Positions 63,323 to 64,000 of a stretch of 64,000 nucleotides of DNA are shown in pieces. The DNA comes from Candidatus Bathyarchaeota archaeon (GTDB lineage Archaea; Thermoproteota; Bathyarchaeia; TCS64). Location: contig CAVYVF010000022.1 of NCBI GenBank assembly GCA_963771885.1, positions 128,001 to 192,000 on the forward strand. The letters are read 5' to 3'. The notes beneath the pieces were generated by a model. That model was not told the origin of the DNA. It did no database searches and saw only the letters and a list, made by a program, of their open reading frames with translations. Each line of letters starts with the position of its first letter. Position 1 is the first letter of the stretch. The position numbers and the translations under genes were made by a program.

Positions 63323-64000
63323 TTACCAGCCGAGCGCTTGTCCGTCGCCGCGTGGGTCGCTGCCCGCGGTTAGAGCGCCCGTCTTGTGGTTCCTGTAGAT
63401 TATCTGGCCTTTGCCGAAGATGATGCGGTTGGCTCCAGCGACGGGGATGACCTCGTGGCCCATGCGGGCTAGTGTCGCCATGGTGTCGACGGGTATCCCC
63501 TCCTCGAGACTGACCTTGCCGCCAGCCGTGCCGTCGAGTATGCAGAAGCGGGGCGCGTCGAGTGCATCCTGCGGCCCCATGCCGTAGTCTATCATATTCG
63601 AGACGACCTGTACGTGGCCTTGTGGCTGCATGAAACCGCCCATGACTCCAAATGGGGCGAAGAGGTCGCCGTTCCTCGTCATCATACCCGGGATTATGGT
63701 GTGGTAGGGACGCTTTCCGGGGCTGAGGACATTAGGGTGCTCCTTCTCTAGTCTGAAGCCCGAGCCCCTGTTCTGGAGTGTGAAGCCGCAGCCCCGGGGG
63801 ATGAGGCCGGTGCCGAAGCCGCTGTAGTTGCTGTTTATGAAGCTGCAGGCGTTGCCCCAGCGGTCGACTGTGCAGAGGTAGACGGTGTCACTGCCTGTGA
63901 CGGGTGAGCCGTGTACCCTGTCTAGGACGGCCTTGGCGGGGTTTATGTGCTGGCGCCTCTCCTCGGCGTAGCCCTTGGAGATGAGCTCATCGATGGGGAC
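63323..64000 (-). CDS. ggt: Gamma-glutamyltransferase family protein (3' part; runs off window edge)
   Basis: SDTVYLCTVD..GNACSFINSNY.GFG, LQNRG, KRPYHTIIPG, GVMGGFMQPQG, GSDPRGDG. Confidence 0.9.
   Translation of the reverse strand, partial: VPIDELISKGYAEERRQHINPAKAVLDRVHGSPVTGSDTVYLCTVDRWGNACSFINSNYSGFGTGLIPRGCGFTLQNRGSGFRLEKEHPNVLSPGKRPYHTIIPGMMTRNGDLFAPFGVMGGFMQPQGHVQVVSNMIDYGMGPQDALDAPRFCILDGTAGGKVSLEEGIPVDTMATLARMGHEVIPVAGANRIIFGKGQIIYRNHKTGALTAGSDPRGDGQALGW

Noticed and set aside
1..64000. CRISPR array or cas genes
   Set aside because: No run of identical 25-40 bp repeats with unique spacers; the repeats found occur only as distant pairs or triples.

Overview
Archaeal chromosomal window, shown by RadA, an archaeal histone, Nep1, Dph6, an archaeal-type ThrRS and tRNA-Leu(TAG). 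Bathyarchaeia is a plausible lineage but is only my inference. GC-rich housekeeping and metabolic genes occupy about 1-11.5 kb and 41.2-64 kb. Between them (about 11.6-41.2 kb) lies a decaying composite integrative element. It carries a frameshifted tyrosine integrase, a wHTH repressor, an AbrB-like gene, an MCM-like AAA+ replication gene with two extra remnants of its 3' end, a DUF932/ASCH early-gene operon, an AbiEi/AbiEii toxin-antitoxin pair, an RHS polymorphic-toxin locus with orphan toxin/immunity modules, and two cassettes pairing a membrane-anchored wHTH regulator with divergent secreted-protein genes. The most unusual signal is that short alternating (GC)n tracts sit at module boundaries and at several gene-truncation points. 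Other highlights are an intact-frame NrdD homologue that appears to lack its catalytic cysteines and Zn site but is still coupled to NrdG, and a single-chain tandem bacterioferritin. Some frameshifts also hit core genes, so part of the apparent decay may be sequencing or assembly error. All calls are from motif recognition by eye; no searches were run.
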